Of a DNA stretch of 64,000 nt, positions 49,623-60,129 are shown piece by piece; position 1 is the stretch's first letter, and every line of letters begins with the position of its first letter. This stretch comes from Candidatus Poribacteria bacterium (lineage in GTDB: Bacteria > Poribacteria > WGA-4E > PCPOR2b), in the NCBI GenBank assembly GCA_965218095.1, contig OZ244587.1, positions 384,001 through 448,000 of the forward strand. The letters run 5' to 3'. The translations under genes and the position numbers were made by a program. Under the pieces are notes generated by a model. The model ran no database searches. It was not told where the DNA came from and was given only the letters and a program-made list of their open reading frames with translations.

Positions 49623-50447
49623 ATGACCATTCTTGAAGCGATTGTGCTTGGCGTTTTGCAAGGTTTAACAGAGTTTTTGCCGGTAAGTAGCTCTGGACAC
49701 TTAGTGTTGATGCAACATTTCCTTGGGTTGAAGGGACCGCAGGTGTTTTTCGATGTAATGCTTCATGTTGGAACGCTCGGCGCAGTCGTCATCGTTTACT
49801 ATCAATCGATCTGGTCATTGGTACGCACGAGCGCCGCCGCTTTAGTTCGCCCCAACTTCTACCGACATCCCGCCCGCACTATCGATGACTCACCGAATCT
49901 CAAACTGATCTGGTTCATCTTGCTCGGTTCAATTCCGACCGGGCTGATTGCTGTCCTGTTCAAAGATCAGCTTGAGGTGCTCTTTGGCAAACCAACGATT
50001 GTTGCCATCATGCTAATCATGACGGGGCTGATCCTGCAACTGCCACGCCTGAGGTGGAAGGAAATGGGAGCAGATCGTCCTTTACAGGCATGGCATACGC
50101 CGCTGATCGGAATTGCCCAAGGGCTCGCCATCACGCCAGGGATTTCCAGATCAGGGTCAACAATTTCCCTTTCATTGCTGTTGGGCATCTCTCCGCAGAT
50201 TGCTGCACAATACTCGTTTCTCCTTTCAATCCCCGCAATTTTCGGTGCGGTCCTCCTCAAGCTCAAAGACGTAACGGAGATTACGATTGCCCCTGCCGTC
50301 ATCGTGACCGGGACGCTCGTTTCGTTCGTTGTTGGTTATATCGCATTACGCATCCTGCTTGCGGTGCTCAATCGTGGGAAATTTTCTCTCTTTTCCTACT
50401 ATTGCTTTGCGCTAGGGGCGGTCGTTCTCATCAAGTTAGCGTTGTGA
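49623..50447 (+). CDS. uppP: Undecaprenyl-diphosphate phosphatase
   Basis: QGLTEFLPVSSSGH, PGISRSGST. Confidence 0.95.
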   Translation: MTILEAIVLGVLQGLTEFLPVSSSGHLVLMQHFLGLKGPQVFFDVMLHVGTLGAVVIVYYQSIWSLVRTSAAALVRPNFYRHPARTIDDSPNLKLIWFILLGSIPTGLIAVLFKDQLEVLFGKPTIVAIMLIMTGLILQLPRLRWKEMGADRPLQAWHTPLIGIAQGLAITPGISRSGSTISLSLLLGISPQIAAQYSFLLSIPAIFGAVLLKLKDVTEITIAPAVIVTGTLVSFVVGYIALRILLAVLNRGKFSLFSYYCFALGAVVLIKLAL

Positions 50448-50467
50448 TGTTTCCTTGAACAAGATCA

Positions 50468-50620
<153 letters not shown>

Positions 50621-50650
50621 TCATACCCACCCACAGGGGTCGAGGAAAAG

Positions 50651-51136
50651 TCAAATCCCGTTCATTTGACACTCAGAACAATATCCCAGAATTTCATTCC
50701 TGTATTTCACTGGCTTGAACTTGTGCGTTTTACAAACGGCTTCTTGGAGCGCATCAATCTCCGGTTTTTTGAACTCAATAATTTTTCCACATCGTAGGCA
50801 GATTAGGTGGGCATGTTGTTGTTGGAGTGAGCGGAGATGTTCATAGTGAGAATGCTTTTGTGCGTCGATTACTTCAGTCAGCAGTCCGCTTTGAACAAGG
50901 AGGGGCAACGTCCGATAGATTGTCGCCCGAGAAACCGTATACCCGTTTTGGCGCATGCGCATCAAAAGGTCCTCCGCTCGAAAATGATCATCGTAAGCGA
51001 AGGCCTGTTCAAGAATGGTGCGCCGCTCCGAGGTGAGCCGCAATCCATTGCCTTGAAGGTATTTGCTAAACCTTTCAACAATTTGTGGTTGAATCGGTTG
51101 ATTGCTTTTTTGCATGGTAAGGACCTCCCTACTCAT
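50651..51136 (-). CDS. fur: Fur family transcriptional regulator
   Basis: LRLTSER, VSRATIYRTL, HAHLICLRCG, GYCSEC. Confidence 0.88.
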   Translation of the reverse strand: MSREVLTMQKSNQPIQPQIVERFSKYLQGNGLRLTSERRTILEQAFAYDDHFRAEDLLMRMRQNGYTVSRATIYRTLPLLVQSGLLTEVIDAQKHSHYEHLRSLQQQHAHLICLRCGKIIEFKKPEIDALQEAVCKTHKFKPVKYRNEILGYCSECQMNGI

Positions 51137-51179
51137 TGGTTGATGCGTATGTCAACGTTATGTTTGTGGTTTCATTTTT

Positions 51180-51269
51180 GGCTCATATTAAGAAAGCGTG
51201 CGACAGAAACCGAGTTTTTCCAAAAAACTCGGTTTCTGTCGCATTTTGCACTTTCCTTTTACATGAGCC
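51180..51269. mobile_element. MITE-like family B (copy 3)
   Basis: ggctcatattaagaaag...acatgagcc with agaaaccgagttttt..aaaaactcggtttct core. Confidence 0.75.
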
Positions 51270-51309
51270 TCATTTTTTTAGTTCCCATCGTAGGAATCGT
51301 CATTCCCCA

Positions 51310-51738
51310 CTAAGGACACATATCTTTACGCAGCAGGCGTGAATGGCTTTTTGTCTGGTACACTCTGCCGCCGACCAAATTGCGATTCTTAAAGTCCTCG
51401 TGCAATGTTTTGTCGTTGGAAACCAATACTTTTACATTTGCGATAATGGCTAATGCGATAATATGCGGGTCATCTGATCTAATTGCATCTGTTCGGTTTA
51501 GTTCATTCTCTTTTGCTTCCACCCCTTGGGGCAGTATCTCTTTAAGTTGCCCAGATTGTCTTAATAGCTTTATCAAATTGGTAACTCCCCCTCTTTCCCA
51601 TTCTTCTTCAAATTTCTTCGTATTGGAGTAAGCTATTTTGCCATTCTTTTTCCGCAACCAATTCCACACAGGCTCCATATTCTCATTGGCTGGCTCCCTA
51701 AATTCACCAAACATATTGGCATCCAAAACAATACACAT
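51310..51738 (-). CDS. PIN-domain nuclease
   Basis: IVLDAN...E...DDPHIIALA..LVSND acidic tetrad. Confidence 0.75.
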   Translation of the reverse strand: MCIVLDANMFGEFREPANENMEPVWNWLRKKNGKIAYSNTKKFEEEWERGGVTNLIKLLRQSGQLKEILPQGVEAKENELNRTDAIRSDDPHIIALAIIANVKVLVSNDKTLHEDFKNRNLVGGRVYQTKSHSRLLRKDMCP

Positions 51739-51740
51739 AA

Positions 51741-53036
51741 CTAGTCCTCAAACCCCATAAGCTGGCGGTATTCTGTCATGAAAAATTCTCTGTAATGCGG
51801 CGGCGCCCCCTCCATATTACCCATCTTATCAAACCTGATATTATGCACCTTGACAACATTCCCCTTTGGCTCCAGATATATCAGCGACACATCCTCGGGG
51901 CGGATATTGCCTTTTCTGATTTCAACGCGCGCCCGGTCAATCATATAGTCGCTGTGCGTTTCAACGATAAACGCCCGATTACCCTCGCTTGCCAATGTTG
52001 CTAGCAGAGAAGATAGTTCTGCCTGCGCCCTCGGGTGCAGATGGACTTCAGGCTGTTGTAATAGGAAGAAAGGCATCTCCATCAGAGGTTGACCAGAAAT
52101 AGGCGGATCTAAAATATCCACTAAAATCGGCAGAATTTGACTGACGCCGTAGCCGACATCAATGATATTGGAGTTCGGCCCCCTCACCTTGACTTTCAGT
52201 TGGAATGGATTACCCATAGACCCACCAAAGTTTCTAACATCTATGTTCTGAAACAGGCCCGAGCTCTTACCAAATTGAACCAACACCGTTTTCAATGCTT
52301 CCCACCTCTTTTTTTGGGTCGCTTGTGTCTGCATTAACCGCATCGGCACATCGCTCCCTTCAGGATCATAAAATTCCCGCGTCGGATCATACGTCCGTTT
52401 CGGGCGTGAGCGAATCGGTGCGGTACTAAAGACGGATAGGCTTTCCCGCATTTTCCACCATGGAGGTATCGCACGCTCGCGCTTTTCCAAATAGTTCGCT
52501 AAGGCTTTTTCGCCCTCAGATCGCCCTTCTCCTCTAAGATGCCCTAAAAGGAAGAGAGGGGGGCTAGTATCCAAAATATCAGAATTTACATATATACAAT
52601 ACTGATTTTGTTCTTCATCAAAGGAAGCTAAACGCATGTAAGGTAGTTTATCGTCGGCACTTAACACGATTTCGCTGTCAGTGAATGTCAGTGTTACTGA
52701 CTTAGCAGTAGGCTCAATTCCTCCCTTTTTTTTAACGAATTGGACTGTCCATTCAACATCTCCATTCTCGGTTCTAAAAGTAAACCCAAGCGTAAACGTC
52801 TTCTCTTTTTTTCTGCTGTTTCTGACAATATCCTTAAAGGTTCCCATTGAGTAAGGGTCTGTATTAAAATCTATTCTCTCACCCCCCAAATAATTGGCTA
52901 ACATCTGAAAACATGCCAACGCTGTGGTCTTGCCGGTACTGTTTTCTCCAACCAAAAACGTCAGAGGCCGAATCTCAAACTCCTGGCGTTCCGCAAAACA
53001 GCGTACCTCCTCCATTGTGAATTGGGTGATGTTCAT
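51741..53036 (-). CDS. ABC-type AAA_15/AAA_21 ATPase (DUF3696-like C-terminus)
   Basis: GENSTGKT Walker A, VGYGVSQILP signature, LLQQPEVHLHP, ETHS H-loop. Confidence 0.85.
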   Translation of the reverse strand: MNITQFTMEEVRCFAERQEFEIRPLTFLVGENSTGKTTALACFQMLANYLGGERIDFNTDPYSMGTFKDIVRNSRKKEKTFTLGFTFRTENGDVEWTVQFVKKKGGIEPTAKSVTLTFTDSEIVLSADDKLPYMRLASFDEEQNQYCIYVNSDILDTSPPLFLLGHLRGEGRSEGEKALANYLEKRERAIPPWWKMRESLSVFSTAPIRSRPKRTYDPTREFYDPEGSDVPMRLMQTQATQKKRWEALKTVLVQFGKSSGLFQNIDVRNFGGSMGNPFQLKVKVRGPNSNIIDVGYGVSQILPILVDILDPPISGQPLMEMPFFLLQQPEVHLHPRAQAELSSLLATLASEGNRAFIVETHSDYMIDRARVEIRKGNIRPEDVSLIYLEPKGNVVKVHNIRFDKMGNMEGAPPHYREFFMTEYRQLMGFED

Positions 53037-54430
53037 CCGGTTACCTCCTGCGTCTCATTTTCCAGATAGTCAATCGCGGTTTGTTCGTCCTCCTCAATGG
53101 CTATCTCCACCGCTCGCTTGGCACATTCCAGTAGACGCTTGGACTGCTTTCGCAAGTTAAAGGATTCAACGACTTTCTGCTGGATTTGGATTTGTTTTTC
53201 TTCTGCGATTATTGGTAAGATAACCTTGCCAAATTCATCTTTATTGATTGCCGTAAGGATTGTACCGCTACATCCTTTCTTAAGTTGTAATTGTCCAATT
53301 ATACTTTTCAATAGTACAAGCAAAGTCTCGGAATTGAATGCCTGTGAGTTGACAACATGGAATCCGGTAGAGCAAAGAGCTTGATCGTATTCCTTATCTA
53401 TTAAGGCGATACTGTCCAATGAACCCTCTATAGATGAAACAATAACATCTCCCATTGCCACCTGACGCCTTGCCCTACTTGGCAAATCCTGACCTTGTTC
53501 TATCATGCAATCGGCGATCCCCCCATCCCCTACGATATTGGCAAGTTCAATGTATTTGTACTCGGTTTTATCCGCCAGTCTGAAGTTCTTATCTTTTAAG
53601 TCAACCAAACTCCCCAGCGTATCCCATCCGCACGAATGGTTTTTGATGGCGTAGGCTATTTCTTCGTATTTCGGCTGGAAGTAATCTGCGTCGATACGTT
53701 CTGCTCGTTCCATGTCGGAATAGTTCTTGACAAAGGTCAGCCGATGTTTCGGTTGCCAGTCAGTAAGCCCGAGTTCGGAGAGGAGGAGGGTTTGGGCTTG
53801 GGTGTATCTTATTTTTGATAATTGAGTTAAATCGTGAGAACGCAGGTAAGTTTTTTCGATTTCAATCTGAATGTCTCTCCAAACGGGCATCGGGATTTGA
53901 TATAAAAAATACGGTGCAATTTCAGGTTGTGAGCCCCCATACATACCTTTATCTATCAATTTTCTGCCATATTTGGTATTTAAAAAAACGGTTATAAAGA
54001 ACGGGTTCAAGTTGCCACTTTTAACGATAAAGGTATGAGACGATGCTATAGTCTGTCTCTTTTCTAGATAGATAGCGCATTGACCAAAGTTCGCGCCGGA
54101 TCGAGTTATCAAAATGTCTTTGTAATGTAAGGTGTTATCTTTTAGACGCTCTACATCCTCTTCTGAGATATAAACTGGATTGGTTGTCAGGTCAATGGAT
54201 AGGGGGCGAACGTTTTGCGCTCTCAAAAATAGAACGCCATCGTCCACATAATTTCGCTTTATCTCTTTGGGATGCTTTATCTCAACCTGAAAATCAATTA
54301 ACCTGTGCGAACTAATTTCCTCAAGCTGTTTTTGGACTTTTAAATAATCAGGGCGAAAAAATTCAGCATCAAACCGCCTAGAATCTGATGCTTCCACTAC
54401 CGATTGATAATTAACAATTGAATATTGCAT
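53033..54430 (-). CDS. RM specificity subunit (HsdS-like, two TRDs)
   Basis: Repeated R(F/I)DA(E/D)(F/Y)F.P.Y modules, KDILITRSG, GDVIVSSI. Confidence 0.85.
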   Translation of the reverse strand: MQYSIVNYQSVVEASDSRRFDAEFFRPDYLKVQKQLEEISSHRLIDFQVEIKHPKEIKRNYVDDGVLFLRAQNVRPLSIDLTTNPVYISEEDVERLKDNTLHYKDILITRSGANFGQCAIYLEKRQTIASSHTFIVKSGNLNPFFITVFLNTKYGRKLIDKGMYGGSQPEIAPYFLYQIPMPVWRDIQIEIEKTYLRSHDLTQLSKIRYTQAQTLLLSELGLTDWQPKHRLTFVKNYSDMERAERIDADYFQPKYEEIAYAIKNHSCGWDTLGSLVDLKDKNFRLADKTEYKYIELANIVGDGGIADCMIEQGQDLPSRARRQVAMGDVIVSSIEGSLDSIALIDKEYDQALCSTGFHVVNSQAFNSETLLVLLKSIIGQLQLKKGCSGTILTAINKDEFGKVILPIIAEEKQIQIQQKVVESFNLRKQSKRLLECAKRAVEIAIEEDEQTAIDYLENETQEVTG

Positions 54431-54764
54431 TATTCATCCTTTGCGATATCCGTTTGGCCGGATCACCTTCTCCAATTCCCAGTTGTAGGGAACGCAGCTC
54501 TGCGTTCCCTGCGATGATTACAATACCGTGTATGTGATTTGGCATCACGACAAATTCATCTAACGCCGTGTTGTGAAAATGTTCGGGGATAGCCCGCCAA
54601 CAATCCGCTACAATTTGTCCAATATCGCTTAACTTCATTCGCGCCTTTTCAATTTCCCCCAAAGAATTAACCCTGTCTTGGGTGCAAATTGTCACAAGAT
54701 AATATCCCGCCCGGGAATAATCGTAATTCTGTAACCGATTCGGTTTTCTATTGCGGTTATTCAT
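54411..54764 (-). mobile_element. Truncated REP-associated tyrosine transposase (RAYT, Y1 HUH)
   Basis: RKPNRLQNYDYS..YYLVTICT..VVMPNHIHGI; lacks C-terminal catalytic Tyr region; GTAG-REPs at 54485-54512 and 54831-54858. Confidence 0.85.
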
Positions 54765-54830
54765 GATTCGTGCGGATTATAGGGACAACCCCTCTGAACG
54801 GTCGATATTTTGTTGTTGTGTGCAATAGTA

Positions 54831-54858
54831 GTAGGGAACGCGGATCTGCGTTCCCTAC
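54831..54858. repeat. GTAG-type REP
   Basis: gtagggaacgcggatctgcgttccctac; relatives at 54485, 35741, 36482. Confidence 0.85.
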
Positions 54859-54934
54859 GATAATTACAATAAGGTTTAGACGATGTCACCATGCATTCCA
54901 AGATTAGATGACTGAATCTCTGCGACAGAATTAT

Positions 54935-56890
54935 TTAAACATAGTTCTTCCCAAAACTGAGTCCTTCGCCCTTTGCCCACTCAATAAAGGCTTCAGCTAT
55001 GCTATGCAAATCGTGGTCAACGATCGGATGGCCATTTTTATCCAATCTATACTGTCCGCTGCCGTTTTGGGCATAGACATAATCGCCGGAGTTGTCCTTG
55101 CCGCCCTTCTCACTCATGGCAAAGAAAATAGGGTAGTCATCTTCCTTGCGACAAAGCGGTCCCTTGTCTGGATCATTGTTCCACTTTTGCAGGAACAGGA
55201 CGCTGGTTTTGGTGCCGGTGTGCGGTTTGAAAGTGTTGCCATGTAAACCAATCACCGCCAAGATACGCCCCTGCTCGGCGATAAAATCGCGGATGTACTT
55301 GTCGGATGTGTTGTTGAATCTGCCCTGCGGTAGCACAATCGCCATACGCCCACCGGGTTTCAGAAAGTCCAGATTGCGCTCAATAAACAGAATGTCGCGT
55401 CCAACTTCACTTTTCACCTTTCCTTTTGCGTTAAAGCTGAGTTCGTATTGATGCAGCAAAGGGCCCTCCTTGATTTTACCAGCAAAGGGCGGATTTGCCA
55501 TCAGGATATCAAAGTTAAACAGTTTGTTTTCATCTTTTTCCGCTCTCAGTTTTTCCAGTCGTTTAAAACCCTTGATGTAGGTGCTGATCCAATTTTTATC
55601 GAGCTCGGTCTGGTCGCCCCAGCGTTCAAAATCGAGCGTGTTTAGGTGTAAAACGTTGGCTTCTCCGTCGCCTGCAATCAGGTTCAATGTCCTAGCAACC
55701 CGGACCGTTTTCTCATCAAAGTCAATGCCGAATACTTTTAAGATATTCCTTTTCTCCTTGGCTGATATTTCTGTATTACCGAACAAGCGTATCCTTTTGA
55801 AGATGGTATGTACAGGAAAGCCACAACTGCCGGCGGCGGTATCAATCATATATTCACCGGGCTGAGGATTTAACATCCGAACACACATTTCAATTACATG
55901 ACGCGGCGTAAAATACTGCCCCTTTTCTCCTTTGGCGGATTTGTTGACCAGATATTCAAAGGCTTCATCTATGATCTGCAGGTCGGAGTTGAACAGTTTG
56001 ATATCCTGCAAGCTAGACACACAGACAGACAGATGGCTGTCGGAAAGTTTAAAAATTTCATCTTCGGGAAAAACGCCTGACCATTGATCTTTCGCTTCGT
56101 TGAAAAGACGCTGAATCTTATTCTTCAGTTTCGTGTTGGTCTGCCCGGTATTTCGGAACTCCATGATTCTCGGTTTGTCGTGCTGGCTCAGAAATTCATC
56201 ATAGAGCTTGGTAAATATGAGTTTGAAAACCTCCTCAAAAACATCCACCCCGGCATTTGCCAGCACTTCATCCTCCATTTCCAAAATGATTTCCTTCAGG
56301 GATTTCCGCCCCTTGGTGAGCTTATCCGTCCGGATAAGGTCTTCCACGGTGAAACGTTCTTCGCGGATATCTTCAATGGCTTGGCTCACATTGGGAATGT
56401 CAGTAATCTCTTCAAAGTAATTCGGGTCTTTGCGGTTGTAATGGGAAATTTGTTCGCCGTTTGTCCAGACGCCGATCGGTGCGCCGGTGGCATTGCAGTA
56501 GGAACGTAGCTGATTTTTACCGTCCTTGAGTTTGGGCTTTTTCAACTCCACAATAATATACTCGATATCCGGGCGATCTTTGTCGAAGATAACGATATCG
56601 GTTTTTTTCGTTTGCCTGCCGAAGTTGACCGGATGTTCAAAGGCTAAACGCCTTTTGGGGTAGTGGTAATGATTAATCAGCTTTGCCGCATACAGTTGGC
56701 GGACTATCTCTTCAGGCTTTAGTTGAATCTGCTTATCCCGAACGATGCAGTTAACAAACGGGGTTTCTTTGCCTCTGTATGGTTTGATACAGATCCTATC
56801 GCGTAGCTTGTTAATTTCATCTTCCGTAAATAAGGTGAGATGATAATCGGTGTCTTTGAGTATTGTTTGGATGATGTCGGGTTGTGTCAT
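54935..56890 (-). CDS. HsdR_N-fused N6-adenine DNA methyltransferase (RM subunit; type IIB/BcgI-like architecture with adjacent S)
   Basis: PEEIVRQ..DIVIF..VELK nuclease; GQYFTPR, DTAAGSCGF, ANPPF. Confidence 0.88.
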   Translation of the reverse strand: MTQPDIIQTILKDTDYHLTLFTEDEINKLRDRICIKPYRGKETPFVNCIVRDKQIQLKPEEIVRQLYAAKLINHYHYPKRRLAFEHPVNFGRQTKKTDIVIFDKDRPDIEYIIVELKKPKLKDGKNQLRSYCNATGAPIGVWTNGEQISHYNRKDPNYFEEITDIPNVSQAIEDIREERFTVEDLIRTDKLTKGRKSLKEIILEMEDEVLANAGVDVFEEVFKLIFTKLYDEFLSQHDKPRIMEFRNTGQTNTKLKNKIQRLFNEAKDQWSGVFPEDEIFKLSDSHLSVCVSSLQDIKLFNSDLQIIDEAFEYLVNKSAKGEKGQYFTPRHVIEMCVRMLNPQPGEYMIDTAAGSCGFPVHTIFKRIRLFGNTEISAKEKRNILKVFGIDFDEKTVRVARTLNLIAGDGEANVLHLNTLDFERWGDQTELDKNWISTYIKGFKRLEKLRAEKDENKLFNFDILMANPPFAGKIKEGPLLHQYELSFNAKGKVKSEVGRDILFIERNLDFLKPGGRMAIVLPQGRFNNTSDKYIRDFIAEQGRILAVIGLHGNTFKPHTGTKTSVLFLQKWNNDPDKGPLCRKEDDYPIFFAMSEKGGKDNSGDYVYAQNGSGQYRLDKNGHPIVDHDLHSIAEAFIEWAKGEGLSFGKNYV

Positions 56891-56959
56891 AACTCCTCCG
56901 TAATCTGCCGTATGATTTACGGCAAGGCATATTTAATTTTTCTGGTCGTTCAAAACGCT

Positions 56960-57517
56960 TCAGGTTTTCCGCTCCATCGCAAGCAGTTTCCGTTTCCAAT
57001 GCAACCCGCCCGTATAACCGCCGAGCCCGCCATCGCTACGGACAACACGATGACACGGAACGATGATCGGCAGGGGGTTAGCGCCCATTGCCCCGCCAAC
57101 AGCTCGCGCTGCGTTCGGTTGGCCAATCTCCTGCGCAATCCAACTATAGCTTCGGACCTGACCGTAAGGAATCCGAAGGGCAATCTCCCAAACGCGCCGC
57201 TGAAACGGCGTTCCGGCATCTAAATCGAGTTCGAGTGCAAAATCAATCTGCACTCCATCGAAGTATCGTGTCAGCAGTGCTTCCGCTTTCGATAGTTCCG
57301 GATCGAGGGCGTTGCATGTAACATTTTCGCGTTTTTCTATGCCATTTGGGGTGAGCGTATGTAAACCCCGTTTACCGTGCGAACCCCTGAGGATGCGATC
57401 TGCTGCAGCCGCGTCCGTCGGTGCGCCAAAAGTAACGCGAGCAATCCCTCGATCCGATTTCGCAATACCGACCCAGCCGAACCCCGATTTGAAACAGGTA
57501 TAATTCATGGCGGTCAT
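56960..57517 (-). CDS. ogt: Methylated-DNA-protein-cysteine methyltransferase
   Basis: GTPFQ..IPYG..ARAVG..PCHRV. Confidence 0.93.
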   Translation of the reverse strand: MTAMNYTCFKSGFGWVGIAKSDRGIARVTFGAPTDAAAADRILRGSHGKRGLHTLTPNGIEKRENVTCNALDPELSKAEALLTRYFDGVQIDFALELDLDAGTPFQRRVWEIALRIPYGQVRSYSWIAQEIGQPNAARAVGGAMGANPLPIIVPCHRVVRSDGGLGGYTGGLHWKRKLLAMERKT

Positions 57518-57747
57518 ACAACCGTCCCAAGTTGGGCATTTTCGCCTGTTGGAATCGATTTTCCTTCAACTTCAAGTATCACCCACTCACGACTGAGGAG
57601 TTCAAATAGACTCATGATTTCCTCTCTCTGCGTGAGACTATCGAGCGGAATCTCAAAGGTGAGTGTCGCAAACTCCTCTTTCTGTACATCGCCCTCTTTG
57701 TTGAATTTCATGGGGGTAATCTGAATCTTTTTCAACTTTGCATCCAT
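57514..57747 (-). CDS. Small hypothetical protein coupled to ogt
   Basis: AGGAGG RBS, 4-bp overlap with ogt start. Confidence 0.7.
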   Translation of the reverse strand: MDAKLKKIQITPMKFNKEGDVQKEEFATLTFEIPLDSLTQREEIMSLFELLSREWVILEVEGKSIPTGENAQLGTVV

Positions 57748-57802
57748 AGTTTGGTTGCCTCCTTAAAATTTGGTTTGTTATTCAAATCCTGCTTTTGATG
57801 CG

Positions 57803-60129
57803 CTAAAATAGCCCAACCTTGAGCAGGTGTGCCAGCTTCACAAAGACAATCTGTTCCGTTTCACCATCTTTTTCGCGATTATTATTGTAGACAAGAAAGA
57901 ATGTGCTTTCAGGAAGGTATTCGTAAGCGAACAACCCGAAAATCCGCCGCTCGTCATCAATCGTGAACTCTGCGCTAGAGTGGAAGAACATCCGCTGTGC
58001 GAATTGATAGTTGATAGCAAAGCGGTGCGTCCACTGTTCAAGTTCACCATCTTCCACCAAACGCTGCAGGGTCAGTTCCAAAGCTAGCTTCGATGTCGGG
58101 CGGACCGTAATTTCTGGGCGAATGAAGAAAGTATCTTTATCATCTCGGATGCCCACCGATCCAAAATTCAGAATCCTCACCCATTTGGGTGGAAACCAAC
58201 CGGCGAAGAAATTTACGACTTTATCCGTGTAAGCCACACCGTCGTCGTCATCGACAGGATAGTACCATTCTGGACCGCCGAAAAGGAAGACATCCTTAAC
58301 CCCAATCAATCCATCGAATCGATAGCGTTCGTTGGTACGTCGCCCCGCATGGTTATACAGGAGTTCGTATTGGCCTTCGCCGCGCAGGCGTTGGACCAGC
58401 CCTGCATATTGCTTATTGTACCGAGTGGAAAACTCGACACCCCGCCGATCCGTCCTTGGAATAAAACCGGTATCCACATCAAAATGTTCGCCGATGTCAA
58501 TATACCGCGCCTCGAATGAAAACTCATTCGCTCGGCGAGAAGTTCGGCAAAGATTATATCATCGTTCTCAATACCGGACTTCCACTCCCTGGCGTATTCA
58601 AGGTTGAGATTCACATCGGCGGGCAGCGTAAAACGGGCATCAATCCCCGACGCCCGGTCGTACAGACTCCCCCGTTGTTTGTTCAGTCCTAATAGTCCGA
58701 TCGCCGAGGTTTTGCCGAGATCCCGCTGCACGCGGAAAACGGAATAACGGAATAACGGAATAGTTGTATTCATCAGCCGGCAACTGATCTGCGTCAACCT
58801 CGTAAACGTTTAGCCTATCCCTCTGCTCTATGATAGTGTACCGCTTTTCTTCTTCTTTATCTGTTATCAGCCATTTGCTCTCTCTATCCTTGACGGCAAC
58901 GGAGGCAGCCTCGGAAAGAGAGATGTCATTCGTGTCAAATACCTCGCGCAAATCCCGCGTGAGAGTTCCCCGATCGAGATCGCTGCTGAACCGCGACTCT
59001 GCCTTGAACGCTGCATTTTCCGGCCCCGCCTGTGCGGTCAAGAAGGCAAAATTATAATCACTCAGCTTTCCAATCACCTTCCCTCCACGCATGAGATCCT
59101 CAATCCGGCGGCTATAAAACAACTCAACCGGCGTCTGGAAAAGCTCGTTCCCTTCCAAAAAGAATGGGCGCTTCTCTGGAAAACGGAGCGGAATATCCGT
59201 TAAGTTGACCCGGTCCGGATCGGCCTCGATCTGTGCGAAATCGGGATTGAGCGTGAAATCTACCGTCACGCTTGAGAAAGGATACCGAACATCGATTCCT
59301 GCAGCGGCATCCAATTTGGGGTCTTTATCGCCTATTTTTTCCGGCTTTAGGGTGCCGTAAGGTTTAACCTCTAGCGGACGTTTCGTAACGAGTCGGTCCA
59401 ACGGCAAGCCTGTCAGATGCCCAAAACGTGAAACGGCGTACTGTCGCCCCCCGAGGTCTACCCACGACAACTCCTCCTCACGCAACTCATCATTCCGCCA
59501 AAAATTGATTCCCCAAACCGCATGGGGATTCTTCTTCGGAAAACGGAGTTCCGCAAACGGGATGGAAAACTCCGCCGTCCATCGGTCATCGTATTTCGCA
59601 GTATGCCCAGCCCAATCACAGTCCCAGGCGACAGCGGAACCGACATTAGAACTACTCCGCCTCACATTTCCCCCCTCGTTTGTAATTCGTCGGTCCATCT
59701 GTGTACTGAGTGGGTTTAACGCGAAAACGTAGCAGTTACGCTGATCGAGATAGGTGTCAATTAAGACTTCGACGTGGTCATCAGAGAAGAAGAAAGAGTC
59801 CCGCCGGACTGAATTTGCGGCGAGATTGTTCATATCATCTTTGAAACACTCAAAACCGACATAAAGCCGATTCTGATCGTGAAGCAGGTAAATTTCGTTT
59901 TCTGGCTGGCAGGTTCACCTGTATTCGGCTCAAATTGAATAAAGTCGCCGGTCTGTGCCGCCTTCTGCCAACACGAATCCTCTAGTTTTCCATCGATTTC
60001 TGGCGGCGAATCGGTCTCAACGGCTTCGATCTTTCTAAGAATTGTATCCGCCACCGCGCACACCTTGCTGATGGGTAACGCAATCATTGCACCCACGAAT
60101 AACATTAATAAAAACCGGGTTATGTTCAT
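57803..60129 (-). pseudogene. CBM9-like/DUF5916 outer-membrane protein split by three frameshifts
   Basis: PEIDGKL..W, D..EVLIDTY, WTAEFSIPF, NPDFAQIEAD, FPEKRPFFLEG, terminal F; breaks near 59890, 58750, 58535. Confidence 0.8.
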
